A stretch of 64,000 nucleotides of DNA from an uncultured Bacilli bacterium (GCA_947626115.1 CANQQX010000001.1:10000-73999); one strand, 5' to 3'; counted from the first letter of the stretch, positions 38,898-49,319 are shown. The notes: generated from the sequence alone by a model not told the origin. Made by a program: numbers and translations.

Positions 38898-39998
38898 ATG
38901 AGTAAAGAAAAGAATTCTAAAAAGAAAGAAAAGAAAAATAAAACTGGATTAATTATAGGTGTAGTTCTAGGAGTAATCGTTTTAGCAGTTGGTGGTTATT
39001 TCTTATATAAATATATTAAATTTAAAACTCCTATAGATGAAGTATGGGGTGAAACTTATTATGTTTATTTAAAGGATAGTCAAAAAGATGAAAAGAAAGC
39101 GACTATTCCCAAAGAAGCTAAGGAAGAAAAAGTAAAATTTGTTAAACCAAAAAAGCAAAAAGATCCCGTCATGGTAGTAACTTATGAAATTAAAGAAGAA
39201 GTACATACTAACATTTATTTTATTGAAGAAAATAAAGTAAATGCTTATGTTTATGAACAACCAACAACTTTAGAATTATTATTTAATATTGAGAAAAATG
39301 AATATAATTACTATATTCATAGTGTTAAAGATACAGAAGAAAGTTATGATTCACTAGATAAACAAATAGAAAATAAAGATAGTGAAGAAGAAAATCAAGA
39401 ACCAGAATATACTTTTCCAAAAAAAGAAGATGGTACTTTAGAAGATTATAAAGAAAAATTTATTGAACCCGAAATTAAAGATGATGGTTTTATTGAATTT
39501 GATCCAAATGGTAGCGAAAGTGATTTAAAAGAGAAAATAGAAGAATCTGTTGATGAATATTTACCACAAGAAGAAGTAGTAACCCCAGAAGTTGAAGAAG
39601 ATGTTAATAAAAAGTTAGAAGATGTTAAAGAATTATTAGAAAAACAAAAAGAAGCTAAATTAGAAGAAATTTTTAATAAATTACAAGGCGTTTGGTATAA
39701 TGAAAAAAATAATGCAATGCTAACTTTTAGCTTAAATGAAGGCAAAAAGCATTTTGCTTCCGGTTGGTTTGCATCTGAAGGATATGCCTCAGGTAATATG
39801 GAAGATATTAAATTAGAAGATGATACTTATTCATTCATTGTTGATGATAAATATCTGAATGAAAAAGTAGATTTTGAAGTTAATATAACTGATTTAGATA
39901 ATAAAACAATTAAATTAGGAGATACAAAATATATTTTTATTAATAAAGATTATAATAAAAGTTATGATATTATAGGTAAAAAGTATTTCGGATATTAA
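38898..39998 (+). CDS. Membrane-anchored acidic protein, hypothetical
   Basis: Lys-rich N-terminus, one TM helix, then a long Glu/Lys-rich extracytoplasmic region. Confidence 0.45.
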   Translation: MSKEKNSKKKEKKNKTGLIIGVVLGVIVLAVGGYFLYKYIKFKTPIDEVWGETYYVYLKDSQKDEKKATIPKEAKEEKVKFVKPKKQKDPVMVVTYEIKEEVHTNIYFIEENKVNAYVYEQPTTLELLFNIEKNEYNYYIHSVKDTEESYDSLDKQIENKDSEEENQEPEYTFPKKEDGTLEDYKEKFIEPEIKDDGFIEFDPNGSESDLKEKIEESVDEYLPQEEVVTPEVEEDVNKKLEDVKELLEKQKEAKLEEIFNKLQGVWYNEKNNAMLTFSLNEGKKHFASGWFASEGYASGNMEDIKLEDDTYSFIVDDKYLNEKVDFEVNITDLDNKTIKLGDTKYIFINKDYNKSYDIIGKKYFGY

Positions 39999-40165
39999 AA
40001 AATTATAATATTTTATACAAAATATAATTAAATAAATAATTGTTATTAGTAGATGATAATAAAATATTAAACATTGCTGAAAATTTAATAAATATTGACA
40101 CTATAAGATTAAAAATAATTCTTTTTTAATTATTATAATGATAAAATTATTATAAGGAGTTTGAG

Positions 40166-40708
40166 ATGGAAGCAAAATTAATCGTAAATATAAAAGAATA
40201 TGTTGAAAATAATTTAACTGAAGGCAATTTAGTAGTAGTGGAAGCAATTAAAGTGGCACCTATTAGAGCAAGAAAAGGAAATATTGGTGAAACAATTATT
40301 TCTTGGAGTGTTGATCAAAATGGAAATCCAGTTAAAGAAAAAGAAGCAGCGGTAACAATTGATGCTACCGGTGAAACTGGATGGATTGCAACTAAAGTTG
40401 ATAATGATGGAAATCCTGTTGTTGATCAAAATGGCAATTATAACGAATGGATAATACCAAATGAAACATTTTTAAAAAATTATGAACAAGATCCCAACAA
40501 TCCAGATTTATTTAGAAAAGTTGCTCAATTTCAATCTTTTGTTCAAATAAATGAAGATATAACATTTAATGACCGTTATAATGGTATGTATACTTTAGCT
40601 AAAGGTGGTTATTTAAATATAACTAATTTAGATAAAATATATGCAGTATCTAAAAGAGATTTTGAAGATACCTATAAAATAATTGTAGATAATAATTTAA
40701 CTAGATAG
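40166..40708 (+). CDS. Hypothetical protein
   Basis: 180-aa ORF with repeated DQNGNPV-like segments. No recognisable family. Confidence 0.4.
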   Translation: MEAKLIVNIKEYVENNLTEGNLVVVEAIKVAPIRARKGNIGETIISWSVDQNGNPVKEKEAAVTIDATGETGWIATKVDNDGNPVVDQNGNYNEWIIPNETFLKNYEQDPNNPDLFRKVAQFQSFVQINEDITFNDRYNGMYTLAKGGYLNITNLDKIYAVSKRDFEDTYKIIVDNNLTR

Positions 40709-40787
40709 GTCGTTATTATTGGTAGTATAAAATATTAAAATGCTTTAAAAAATAAAGCAAAACAAATGAAATCTTTATATATTAAAA

Positions 40788-40816
40788 ATACTAACAAAAA
40801 GCGTTAGTATTTTTTG
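40788..40816 (+). terminator. Rho-independent terminator
   Basis: ATACTAAC-aaaaagc-GTTAGTAT followed by T5. Confidence 0.65.
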
Positions 40817-40826
40817 CAACTTTCTC

Positions 40827-40854
40827 TTGATTCTCGGGGGGGGTATATTATAAT
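40827..40854 (+). promoter_or_regulatory. Promoter TTGATT-16-TATAAT with a G8 homopolymer inside the spacer
   Basis: TTGATT (40827-40832), ctc, GGGGGGGG (40836-40843), tatat, TATAAT (40849-40854). RBS agaggg and the ATG at 40882 follow. Confidence 0.5.
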
Positions 40855-40881
40855 AATCTTATAATAAGAGGGTTATTATAG

Positions 40882-42345
40882 ATGAAAAAAGTAATAAAAA
40901 ATAATTATAAAATAATAATTGGATTTATCATAGGATTACTATTTTCTATAACAACAGTATATGCAATTGATGCCTATATCGAAAGTAATAAAGTAGCCTA
41001 TAATAATCATAATAAAACCAATGTCGAAGAAGCCATAGATGAATTATATGAAAGAAGTGGCATACATAAGACTAAATGGGTAGATCCAGTTTTAAATGGA
41101 GCAGATCCAGTATTAAAGGAACCATTAATACCAGTCGAAATAAAGAATAATGGTGATGTATATTATGCAAGTTTAAATAGTGAATGGTATAACTATAGTG
41201 AAAAAAGATGGGCCAATGCTGTAATATTAACTGATAGTGCTAAAACATACAAAGTTGGCGATAAAATATCAGATAGCGATATCAAAGGATATTTTGTGTG
41301 GATACCAAGATATCAATACATAATATGGGATGAAGGAAAATATAATAACTTAATTGATTATAGTCAATTAACTGATATTAAGGAAAATCCAACTGTAGAA
41401 ACAGCATTATGGAGAATAACTGGAAATAAAAATAAATTAATAAAAATAAAGTTTGGTAATGTTGAAAAAGCACCAAAGATGAATGAATCAGAAGCTATAT
41501 TAAATAAATATTATACCCATCCAGCCTTTACTTTAGGAGATAAAGATTTAAATGGTATTTGGGTTGGTAAATTTGAAACAGGAATTACAAATATTATAGT
41601 TGTGAAACCAAATGTTAATTCTATGCGCAGTCCTGCAGTAAAAGGATTATTTGATACAGCCAAAGATTTTGATAACACGTTAGATAGTCATATGATGAAG
41701 AATACAGAATGGGGAGCAGTAGCTTATCTTTCGCATTCACAATATGGAGCAGGAAGAGTAGTAAATGTAAATAATGCCAGTGATTTTGTAACAGGGTATA
41801 GTGCTACATTAGAAACAAATCAAGATATAATGCCAGGAGAATCAGGATTAAGTAGTGATAGTACAAAAACTCAACCATGGAATACACCAGTTGGATATTT
41901 AGCATCAACGACTGGAAACATTAGTGGTATCTATGATATGAATGGTGGAGTTGGTGAAATGATGGCAGGATATAGTCAAAATGCTGGTGATAGAAGTGGT
42001 TTTTCATCAGAAGAAATATTAACTCAAATAAAAGAAGGTTATATAGATGAGTATTCTGCTGATAGTTCAATAACAGATCATACATCTTATGATAAAAGAA
42101 TATTAGGTGATGCTACTGGAGAATTAGGACCTTTCTATAGTTACTTCGATATTAATGGAAATGCTTTACCACGTAGCAATTGGTATGGTAGTTTTTCTGC
42201 ATTCATTGATCCTGTTGGATATTGGTTTGTTCGTGGTGGCAATTATGCTAGTGGTTCTATTGGAGGACAGTTTAATTTCGATAGAAATTCAGGTATTGGC
42301 AGTGGTGATGTCGGTATGCGTTTAATTCTTGCGCCAATAAAATGA
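40882..42345 (+). CDS. Membrane-anchored surface protein with FGE-sulfatase (SUMF1)/DUF1566-like C-terminal domain, tentative
   Basis: N-terminal signal anchor. Three FGE-family-like motifs occur in order: NTEWGAVAYL (like TEAEWEYAAR), GIYDMNGGVGEM (like GLYDMSGNVWEW) and WFVRGGNYASGS (like RGGSW). Confidence 0.4.
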   Translation: MKKVIKNNYKIIIGFIIGLLFSITTVYAIDAYIESNKVAYNNHNKTNVEEAIDELYERSGIHKTKWVDPVLNGADPVLKEPLIPVEIKNNGDVYYASLNSEWYNYSEKRWANAVILTDSAKTYKVGDKISDSDIKGYFVWIPRYQYIIWDEGKYNNLIDYSQLTDIKENPTVETALWRITGNKNKLIKIKFGNVEKAPKMNESEAILNKYYTHPAFTLGDKDLNGIWVGKFETGITNIIVVKPNVNSMRSPAVKGLFDTAKDFDNTLDSHMMKNTEWGAVAYLSHSQYGAGRVVNVNNASDFVTGYSATLETNQDIMPGESGLSSDSTKTQPWNTPVGYLASTTGNISGIYDMNGGVGEMMAGYSQNAGDRSGFSSEEILTQIKEGYIDEYSADSSITDHTSYDKRILGDATGELGPFYSYFDINGNALPRSNWYGSFSAFIDPVGYWFVRGGNYASGSIGGQFNFDRNSGIGSGDVGMRLILAPIK

Positions 42346-42458
42346 ATTGAATATTAATTAATAGATAAAATTCTATTAGTTTCTTATTTAATAATCTACA
42401 AGTTATCTTAAAAATATGTTATCATATTAATGATGCATTTAAGAGGTGACAAATAATT

Positions 42459-43385
42459 ATGAAAATAGGTATTCCAAGAGCATTTTTATATTATAAATAT
42501 CATGTTTTATGGGAAACTTTTTTTGAAGAGTTAGGTATAGAATATATTGTTAGTCCAGAAACTAATAAAGATATTTTAAAAAGAGGGACAATGCATGCCA
42601 TAGATGAATCTTGCTTATCTAGTAAGATTTATACGGGACATGTTGATTATTTAATTGATAAATGTGATTATATTTTTATTCCAAGAGTAGCCACTCTTGG
42701 TAGTCATAAAGATACAGTTTGTTCTAAATTTCAAGCTATCTATGATGTTATTAACAATACTTATAGAGAAAAAAATTTAAAAATATTATATTATAGTATT
42801 GATGTTATTAATAAAGATACAGAAATTAAGGCATTTCTTAAAATGGGTAAATTTTTAGGTAAGAAAAAAGTCCAAATAATGAAGGCATATTATATTGCTA
42901 AACAAGCTGAAAAAACAGCCAAAATGATAGATCTTAATAATCAAAATAATTTATTTAAAAGTGATAAACCAAAAATACTTATTGTATCTCATCCTTATAA
43001 TATTTATGATGAATATGTGGGAAAACCTATTACAAGTACTTTAAAAGAACTGGGATGTGAGCCAATACTTGCTTGTGTTGTGGATGAAAAACAAGCCAGA
43101 GATAGAGCTAAAAAAATTAGTAAAACTTTGCCTTGGACTTTTAATAAAGAATTAGTGGGAGCCATAGATATATATAAAGATAAAGTTGATGGCATAATTT
43201 TAGCATCATCATTTCCTTGTGGACCAGATTCACTTGTTAATGAAATGATTATCAGAAGATTTAAAGGTAAACCAATAATTAATTTAACACTTGATGGTCA
43301 AGAAGGAACAGCTGGTTTAGAAACAAGATTAGAAAGTTTTGTTGATATAATAAAAATTAGAAAGAATGAAGTAGTAAATGAGTAA
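42459..43385 (+). CDS. Acyl-CoA dehydratase activase-related protein (DUF2229-like), first copy
   Basis: Characteristic opening MKIGIPRAFLYYKYHVLWETFFEELGIEYIVS and a C-terminal SSFPCGPDS motif. Confidence 0.6.
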   Translation: MKIGIPRAFLYYKYHVLWETFFEELGIEYIVSPETNKDILKRGTMHAIDESCLSSKIYTGHVDYLIDKCDYIFIPRVATLGSHKDTVCSKFQAIYDVINNTYREKNLKILYYSIDVINKDTEIKAFLKMGKFLGKKKVQIMKAYYIAKQAEKTAKMIDLNNQNNLFKSDKPKILIVSHPYNIYDEYVGKPITSTLKELGCEPILACVVDEKQARDRAKKISKTLPWTFNKELVGAIDIYKDKVDGIILASSFPCGPDSLVNEMIIRRFKGKPIINLTLDGQEGTAGLETRLESFVDIIKIRKNEVVNE

Positions 43386-44445
43386 AGTAAAAGTTAATTT
43401 TCCGAGATTTGGATCTTACAATGTTGCCGTAAGACATATTATTACTAAAGGTTTGGGTTGTGATTATGTTGATTCACCACCAATTACAAAAAAGACTTTA
43501 GAAATAGGAGCTAAAAATTCCCCAGATTTTGTATGTACTCCTTTTAAATACCAATTAGGTGGTTATATTGAAGCAATTGAAGCTGGTGCTAATACCTTAA
43601 TTCAAGTAGGTGGCGCTTGTCGCCTTAATTATTATGGTGAATTACATGAACAAATTTTAAAAGATTTAGGTTATGATGTTAAATTTGTTAATATGGCTAA
43701 TGCTGATTTTGCTAAACCAATAACTTTTTATGAAGAATTTAAAAAAATTACACCTAATTTAAATATTAAAAAGATAACTAGTGCCGTTCTTCTTGCGGTT
43801 AGAATGGTTAAAATAATTGATAAAGTAGAAGATTTTATTCGGGAAAATGTTGGCTTTGAAGTAGTGGATGGTTCTTTTAATAAATTACATCAAGAATTTT
43901 TAGAAGATTTAAAAGAAGTTAATGATAAAAAAGAATTAGCATTAATTTATAAACTTTATATGCGGAAGTTTAAAAATATTGAAATAAATAAACCAAAGAA
44001 TCCCTTAAGAGTAGGAATAGTTGGTGAATATTATACAATAATGGATGAATATAGTAATCATTATATGGAAAAGGAACTTGCTAAAAAAGGTATTATAATT
44101 GAAAGATGGATGAATGTATCAAATACAATATTTATTAATACCGAAAAAGAAACAAAACAAAGTATTAAAAATTATGCTAAATATGATATGGGTGCTACAT
44201 CAATGTATACGATAAAAAAGGCTTTAGATTACGCTAAAGATGGCTTTGATGGTATTATTCATGTTAAAAGTTTTGGCTGTACTCCGGAAATAGATACAAT
44301 GCCAGTATTACAAAGAATTAGTGAAGATTATAAAATACCAATTATTTATTTTAGTTTTGATACACAAACTAGTGATGTTGGTATTAATACGCGAATTGAA
44401 GCTTTCTATGATATGATTATGATGAGAAAGGATGTTAAAGAATAA
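43378..44445 (+). CDS. Acyl-CoA dehydratase activase-related protein (DUF2229-like), second copy
   Basis: Overlaps the previous gene and carries the analogous C-terminal KSFGCTPEID motif. Confidence 0.55.
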   Translation: MSKVKVNFPRFGSYNVAVRHIITKGLGCDYVDSPPITKKTLEIGAKNSPDFVCTPFKYQLGGYIEAIEAGANTLIQVGGACRLNYYGELHEQILKDLGYDVKFVNMANADFAKPITFYEEFKKITPNLNIKKITSAVLLAVRMVKIIDKVEDFIRENVGFEVVDGSFNKLHQEFLEDLKEVNDKKELALIYKLYMRKFKNIEINKPKNPLRVGIVGEYYTIMDEYSNHYMEKELAKKGIIIERWMNVSNTIFINTEKETKQSIKNYAKYDMGATSMYTIKKALDYAKDGFDGIIHVKSFGCTPEIDTMPVLQRISEDYKIPIIYFSFDTQTSDVGINTRIEAFYDMIMMRKDVKE

Positions 44446-45404
44446 TGAAAAAAGCATATATGGGTGTAGATATTGGTTCAATATCTACTAAAGGAATAAT
44501 TATCGATGAAAATAGTAATATACTTGCTAGTGAATATATTTGGACTGAAGGAGACCCAATCGGGGCAGTAAAAAAATTAATTGGTATTTTAAAAGGACAA
44601 TTAAATAGAAAAAAATATAAAGTGGTTGGGGTTGGTACAACAGGTTCTGCTCGTAAACTCATTGGCGTAATGCTAGGAGCAAATATTGTTAAAAATGAAA
44701 TAACTGCTCATGCTATTGGCACATTATCTTTATATCCTGATGTTAAAACTATTTTTGAAATAGGTGGACAAGATTCGAAAATAATCATTATTGATAATGG
44801 TGTAGTAGTTGATTATGCGATGAATACTTTATGTGCTGCTGGTACAGGTTCATTTTTATCAAGTCAGTCTAAAAGATTAGGCCTTGAAGTAGAAGAGTTT
44901 GGCGAGATTGCTTTAAAGAGTAAGAATCCTACTAATATTGCTGCTCGTTGTACAGTTTTTGCCGAAAGTGATTTAGTTCATAAAGCGCAAATTGGTTATA
45001 AAAAAGAAGATATAGTTGCAGGTCTATGCAAAGCGGTTGTTAATAACTATTTAAATAATGTTGGTAAAGGTAAAAAAATAAAACCACCAATTGTTTTCCA
45101 AGGTGGTGTATCTAAAAATGTTGGCGTTATTAAAGCATTTGAAGATGCTACTGGTGAAAAAATCATCGTAGATCCTAATTCGCATTTAATGGGTGCTCTA
45201 GGTGTTGCCCTTCTTTCCCAAAAAGAAAAAGAAATTGATTTTGATTTTGATATTGAAGATGTAACTTTTGAAACTAAGGGCATTGAATGCAAAGGATGCG
45301 CTAATAATTGTGAGCGAATTTGTGTTTATAAAGATGGTGTTTTAATTGATGCTTGGGGTAATAAATGTGATAAAGGGGCAATTAAAGTACCAGCAAAAGT
45401 TTAA
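44445..45404 (+). CDS. CoA-substrate-specific enzyme activase (BadF/BadG/BcrA/BcrD ATPase family)
   Basis: MGVDIGSISTKGIIID actin-like ATPase N-terminus, ATGSARKLIG, and C-terminal Cys residues (CKGCANNCERIC). Confidence 0.7.
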   Translation: MKKAYMGVDIGSISTKGIIIDENSNILASEYIWTEGDPIGAVKKLIGILKGQLNRKKYKVVGVGTTGSARKLIGVMLGANIVKNEITAHAIGTLSLYPDVKTIFEIGGQDSKIIIIDNGVVVDYAMNTLCAAGTGSFLSSQSKRLGLEVEEFGEIALKSKNPTNIAARCTVFAESDLVHKAQIGYKKEDIVAGLCKAVVNNYLNNVGKGKKIKPPIVFQGGVSKNVGVIKAFEDATGEKIIVDPNSHLMGALGVALLSQKEKEIDFDFDIEDVTFETKGIECKGCANNCERICVYKDGVLIDAWGNKCDKGAIKVPAKV

Positions 45405-45465
45405 AAAGTATAATAGATTTAGTTTATAGATTGTGTTAAAATAGGGAACTAAGGAGGGTAATTTT

Positions 45466-45759
45466 TTGAAAAAATTTAATACTAATAATATTGTAAAAGT
45501 TAAATTAACTGAATATGGTTTAAAATTATTAGAAAAGTCACATTATGAAATGTTAAAAAGGATGACTCCTGAATCAGCAAAATTAGTTGGTCCATTTCAA
45601 GCACCAGAAGTAGATGAAAATGGTTATAGTGAATTTCAATTATGGGAATTAATGTATTGGTTCGGCCCATATATGTATAATTTTTCGAATCAACCTTTTG
45701 AAACTGATATTTTAATTGATGAATTAAAATTAGAGGATGTTGAATCAAGAACACGCTAA
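45466..45759 (+). CDS. Hypothetical small protein
   Basis: 97-aa ORF with RBS aaggagg. No recognisable motif. Confidence 0.4.
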   Translation: MKKFNTNNIVKVKLTEYGLKLLEKSHYEMLKRMTPESAKLVGPFQAPEVDENGYSEFQLWELMYWFGPYMYNFSNQPFETDILIDELKLEDVESRTR

Positions 45760-45858
45760 TTTAAGCAGTCATTTTGTGGCTTGCTTTTTATTTTTAATTT
45801 TTTTCTTGACTTTAACCTTGGGTAATAGTTTATATTAGACTTAAGGAAGGGAGAAAAT

Positions 45859-46503
45859 ATGTTAATAAATGAAGTAGAAAATATTGTAGGACTTTCCAAA
45901 AAAAGTATTCGTTTTTATGAAGAAAATGGTTTACTTAGCCCTAAAAGAAAAGAAGATAATGGTTATCGTATTTATACAGAAGAAGATATTCATAAATTAA
46001 AAGTTATTAAATTTTTAAGAGAGTTAGATGTTCCAATTAGAGAATTAAATTTATTAAATGAAGGTAAATTAACTTTAGAAGAATGTCTAAAAATGCGTAT
46101 TGATAAAATAAAAGATTTAGAAGGAAAATTTTTAAGAGTAAAAAAATTATGTGAAGAAATTATCAATGAAAAACTAGAATATAATGATATAGATATTGAT
46201 AAATATTTTATTAATATTAGAGTCTTAAATAAGGAGGGATTTACAATGCATAAAAATAAAAGTAATAATAGAAAAAAAATAATAGGTGCTACTATATCAA
46301 CCTTAATATTTTCTAGTATATTTATCTTTTTAATATCTGTTATTAGTTATTTTCAATTTACGGAAAGTGAAAATATACCTTGGTTTATATATATTTTCTT
46401 AATGATAATATTATTATTACCAATTTTAGCAGTATTGTATAATTTAGTTATGAGAATTAAAGAAATTTTAGGAGGTGAAGAAGATGAAGCTAGTAAATAT
46501 TGA
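45859..46503 (+). CDS. MerR family regulator with C-terminal transmembrane segments
   Basis: MerR HTH (IVGLSKKSIRFYEENGLLSP...GYRIYTEEDIHKL) followed by two hydrophobic helices. Confidence 0.7.
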   Translation: MLINEVENIVGLSKKSIRFYEENGLLSPKRKEDNGYRIYTEEDIHKLKVIKFLRELDVPIRELNLLNEGKLTLEECLKMRIDKIKDLEGKFLRVKKLCEEIINEKLEYNDIDIDKYFINIRVLNKEGFTMHKNKSNNRKKIIGATISTLIFSSIFIFLISVISYFQFTESENIPWFIYIFLMIILLLPILAVLYNLVMRIKEILGGEEDEASKY

Positions 46504-46819
46504 TTATATTCCAGGTGAAGAAATAGAAGAAGCACTAGGTTTAGTTAAAGGACAAATTGTACAATCAAAAAATATAGGTCGCGATTTCATGGCAGGTCTT
46601 AAAACTATCGTTGGTGGTGAAATAGTTAGTTATACGGACATGATTGCCTTAGCAAGGAAAATGGCTACGAAAAGAATGGTTGATGAAGCTGAAAGTCTAG
46701 GAGCTGATGCAATTATTAATGTTCGTTATGGATCTTCTGCTGTTATGGGTGGTGCAGCAGAAATAATTGCCTATGGAACCGCCGTTAAATTAAAAAAGCA
46801 AAAGAATACAAAAGATTAG
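46484..46819 (+). CDS. YbjQ/UPF0145 family protein
   Basis: IPGEEIEEALGLVKGQIVQSKNIGRDFMAGLKTIVGGEI...AESLGADAIINVRYGSS is the typical YbjQ sequence. RBS ggagg before the ATG at 46484. Confidence 0.8.
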   Translation: MKLVNIDYIPGEEIEEALGLVKGQIVQSKNIGRDFMAGLKTIVGGEIVSYTDMIALARKMATKRMVDEAESLGADAIINVRYGSSAVMGGAAEIIAYGTAVKLKKQKNTKD

Positions 46820-46955
46820 TTAATTCATAATTAATCTTTTTAATTTTGGAAAAATGTGTAAATTTGTCTTTTAAAGGAGAATAACATAGAAAATATTAGC
46901 CCTTTAAAAAAGTAAAAAATTGTTATATAATACGATAACATTACAGGGGTGTAAT

Positions 46956-49319
46956 ATGCAAAAAAATGAAATAATTGAACTTATCAACAAAAAAACTATT
47001 GAAGCAAAGAAAATTATTAATGAAATTAATGAATTAAAACTTATGCTTAAAAACTATGATAACAAAATCACAAATAATTATACAAATGAAGAAAAAATAA
47101 ATATTTTTATGGATTATTTTAAAGGTAGAGATAATGTGTATCCGTATCTTTCTATTGATAAAAAAGATCCTAGCAAAAAGTATTATGTACCAAAATGCGC
47201 TAATGAATGGAATAAAAATGTCTGTAATAAAACTATGAATAAAAAATGTAAAGATTGTAATTATTGGCTTGATAAACCAATTGATAAAGAAGTAATTAGA
47301 AATCATTTATTTAATAATAATCATATTGGTATTTATCCTATGTTAGAAGATGAAACTTGTTATTTTCTTGTTTTTGATTTTGATGATAAGAAAAACGAAA
47401 ATGATATAAAAGAAGATGTACTTGCTTTTGCTAATATATGTGATAAATATAACGTTCCAATTTCAATCGAAAGAAGTAGGTCTGGTCATGGATACCATAT
47501 ATGGATTTTTTTTGAAAATAATATCAAAGCATTAACAGCAAGAAAAATGGGAAGTTTACTATTATCAAAAACAATGGAAATAAGAGATAATTTAAAAATA
47601 AATTCTTTTGATAGAATGTTTCCTAATCAAGATACTATGCCTAAAGGTGGCTATGGCAATTTAATTATGCTTCCTTTTCAAAATGAACCTATGAAGTGTA
47701 ATAACACAGTTTTTTTAGATAGGAACTTTAATGTTTATAATGACCAATATTATTATTTAGCTAAAGTTAAAAAAATGAGTTATGATGAAGTTCTAAGTAT
47801 TATAAAAATATTATCTGAAAGTACAATAGACATTAGTAGTGAAAATATAGAATTAAAAGAAGAAATAAATAAAAAAGAAAAAAATAATTTTGATTTTCCA
47901 AAAAGTATTAATTTAATATTAGATAATATGGTTTATATAGATAAAGCAAATTTAAGTTCAGCAGTTAAAAATTGTTTTAGAAGACTTGCAACATTTGCAA
48001 ATCCAGAATTTTTTAAAAAGCAACGAATGAGAATGTCTGTTCATAATATTCCTATGATAATAGATTGTAGTAAAGAAGATGATAAATATTTGATGCTTCC
48101 AAGAGGAAAATTTGAATATTTATATAATTTATGTAAACAAAATGATATAAAAATGAATATTGTTGATAAAAGAAATAAAGGTAAAAAAATTAATATAAAA
48201 TTTAATGGCAAATTAAGAGAAGACCAACAAGATGCATTAAATGAAATGTTAAAATATGAAAATGGAATACTTGAAGCCCCAACTGGATTTGGCAAAACTG
48301 TTATATGTTGTAAATTAATTGAAGTGAGAAATGTTAATACACTTATTATTACTTTTAATTTATCACTTTTAAAACAATGGAAAGAAAGATTAAAAGAGTT
48401 TTTAAATATTGATGAAGTTGGCCAAATTGGTGATGGAAAAAATACTTTAACAAATAAAATTGATGTAGCAAGTATTAAAGCAATTTATAATGATGGAAAA
48501 TTTAATGATATGGTTAAAAATTATGGAATGATAATTATAGACGAGTGTCATCATTCATCGGCTTATACATATGAAGCTGCCTTGAATATGGTTAATGCTA
48601 AATATGTATATGGTGTATCCGCAACTCCCGAAAAAGAAAATGGACATACACCAATTATTAAAATGCAATGTGGTGATATTAGATATAAAGTTAATATGAA
48701 AGAATATAATAAAAAATTAAATTTAAAAATGAAAGTGTATAATAAAAGTGTTCATTTGAATTTTGTTAATAAAAATGTAACCGATTATAAAATCAATGAA
48801 ATATATGATTTAATATCTAAAGATGTTATAAGAAATGAAGTAGTTATTAAAGATGTGGAAAATGAATTTAAAAGTGGTAAAAATATTCTAGTTTTAACAG
48901 AACGAATTGAACATTTAGAGTATTTGTATGAAAAATTATCTAAAATAACTAACAATATAATTGTATATCGAGGTGGATTAAGTAAAAAGATTTTAAAAAA
49001 ATATGATGAATTAAATGATAACATAAAGAAAAATAATGAAAATAAAATTATAATTGCTACAAGTTCTTGTATTGGTGAAGGATTTGATGATTCTAGTTTG
49101 GAAGTTTTATTTTTAACTATGCCTATATCTAGTATAAATAGAATCGTACAATATACCGGAAGATTACATAGAAAAAATGAAAATAAAAAAGAAATAATTG
49201 TTTATGATTATGTTGATGATAATTTTTCAATGATTAGAAATATGTTTTTAAAAAGAAAGAAAGCATATGAAAAAGTTGGTTATGAAATTATTGAAAATAA
49301 TTGTCAAATGTCATTATAA
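46956..49319 (+). CDS. Fusion protein: N-terminal archaeo-eukaryotic primase-polymerase (AEP/PrimPol-like) domain + C-terminal SF2 DECH-box helicase (ResIII-like)
   Basis: N-terminal half: Cys-rich CANEWNKNVCNKTMNKKCKDCNYW, acidic FLVFDFDD (hhDhD-type motif I) and SRSGHGYHIWIFF (sGxGxH-type motif II), in AEP spacing. C-terminal half: Walker A APTGFGKTV, IIIDECHH (motif II), SATP (motif III) and QYTGRLHR (motif VI). RBS aggggtg before the ATG at 46956; the ORF track starts at 46920. Confidence 0.55.
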   Translation: MQKNEIIELINKKTIEAKKIINEINELKLMLKNYDNKITNNYTNEEKINIFMDYFKGRDNVYPYLSIDKKDPSKKYYVPKCANEWNKNVCNKTMNKKCKDCNYWLDKPIDKEVIRNHLFNNNHIGIYPMLEDETCYFLVFDFDDKKNENDIKEDVLAFANICDKYNVPISIERSRSGHGYHIWIFFENNIKALTARKMGSLLLSKTMEIRDNLKINSFDRMFPNQDTMPKGGYGNLIMLPFQNEPMKCNNTVFLDRNFNVYNDQYYYLAKVKKMSYDEVLSIIKILSESTIDISSENIELKEEINKKEKNNFDFPKSINLILDNMVYIDKANLSSAVKNCFRRLATFANPEFFKKQRMRMSVHNIPMIIDCSKEDDKYLMLPRGKFEYLYNLCKQNDIKMNIVDKRNKGKKINIKFNGKLREDQQDALNEMLKYENGILEAPTGFGKTVICCKLIEVRNVNTLIITFNLSLLKQWKERLKEFLNIDEVGQIGDGKNTLTNKIDVASIKAIYNDGKFNDMVKNYGMIIIDECHHSSAYTYEAALNMVNAKYVYGVSATPEKENGHTPIIKMQCGDIRYKVNMKEYNKKLNLKMKVYNKSVHLNFVNKNVTDYKINEIYDLISKDVIRNEVVIKDVENEFKSGKNILVLTERIEHLEYLYEKLSKITNNIIVYRGGLSKKILKKYDELNDNIKKNNENKIIIATSSCIGEGFDDSSLEVLFLTMPISSINRIVQYTGRLHRKNENKKEIIVYDYVDDNFSMIRNMFLKRKKAYEKVGYEIIENNCQMSL

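Noticed and set aside
11256-48295. Numerous 60-100-aa antisense or overlapping ORFs in the six-frame track. Examples: 11256-11450, 15154-15438, 20624-20908, 23452-23637, 26508-26741, 27393-27761, 35729-35987, 36176-36640, 39069-39745, 40229-40429, 43004-43195, 44435-44662, 45047-45292, 45500-45754, 46353-46535, 47034-47306, 48041-48295, 48785-49024, 52530-52787, 53887-54102, 54602-54793, 58009-58248, 63579-63785.
   Set aside because: Each lies inside or antisense to a longer ORF with clear family motifs. Their translations are Ile/Phe/Leu/Ser-rich junk with no RBS. Dropped as non-coding.
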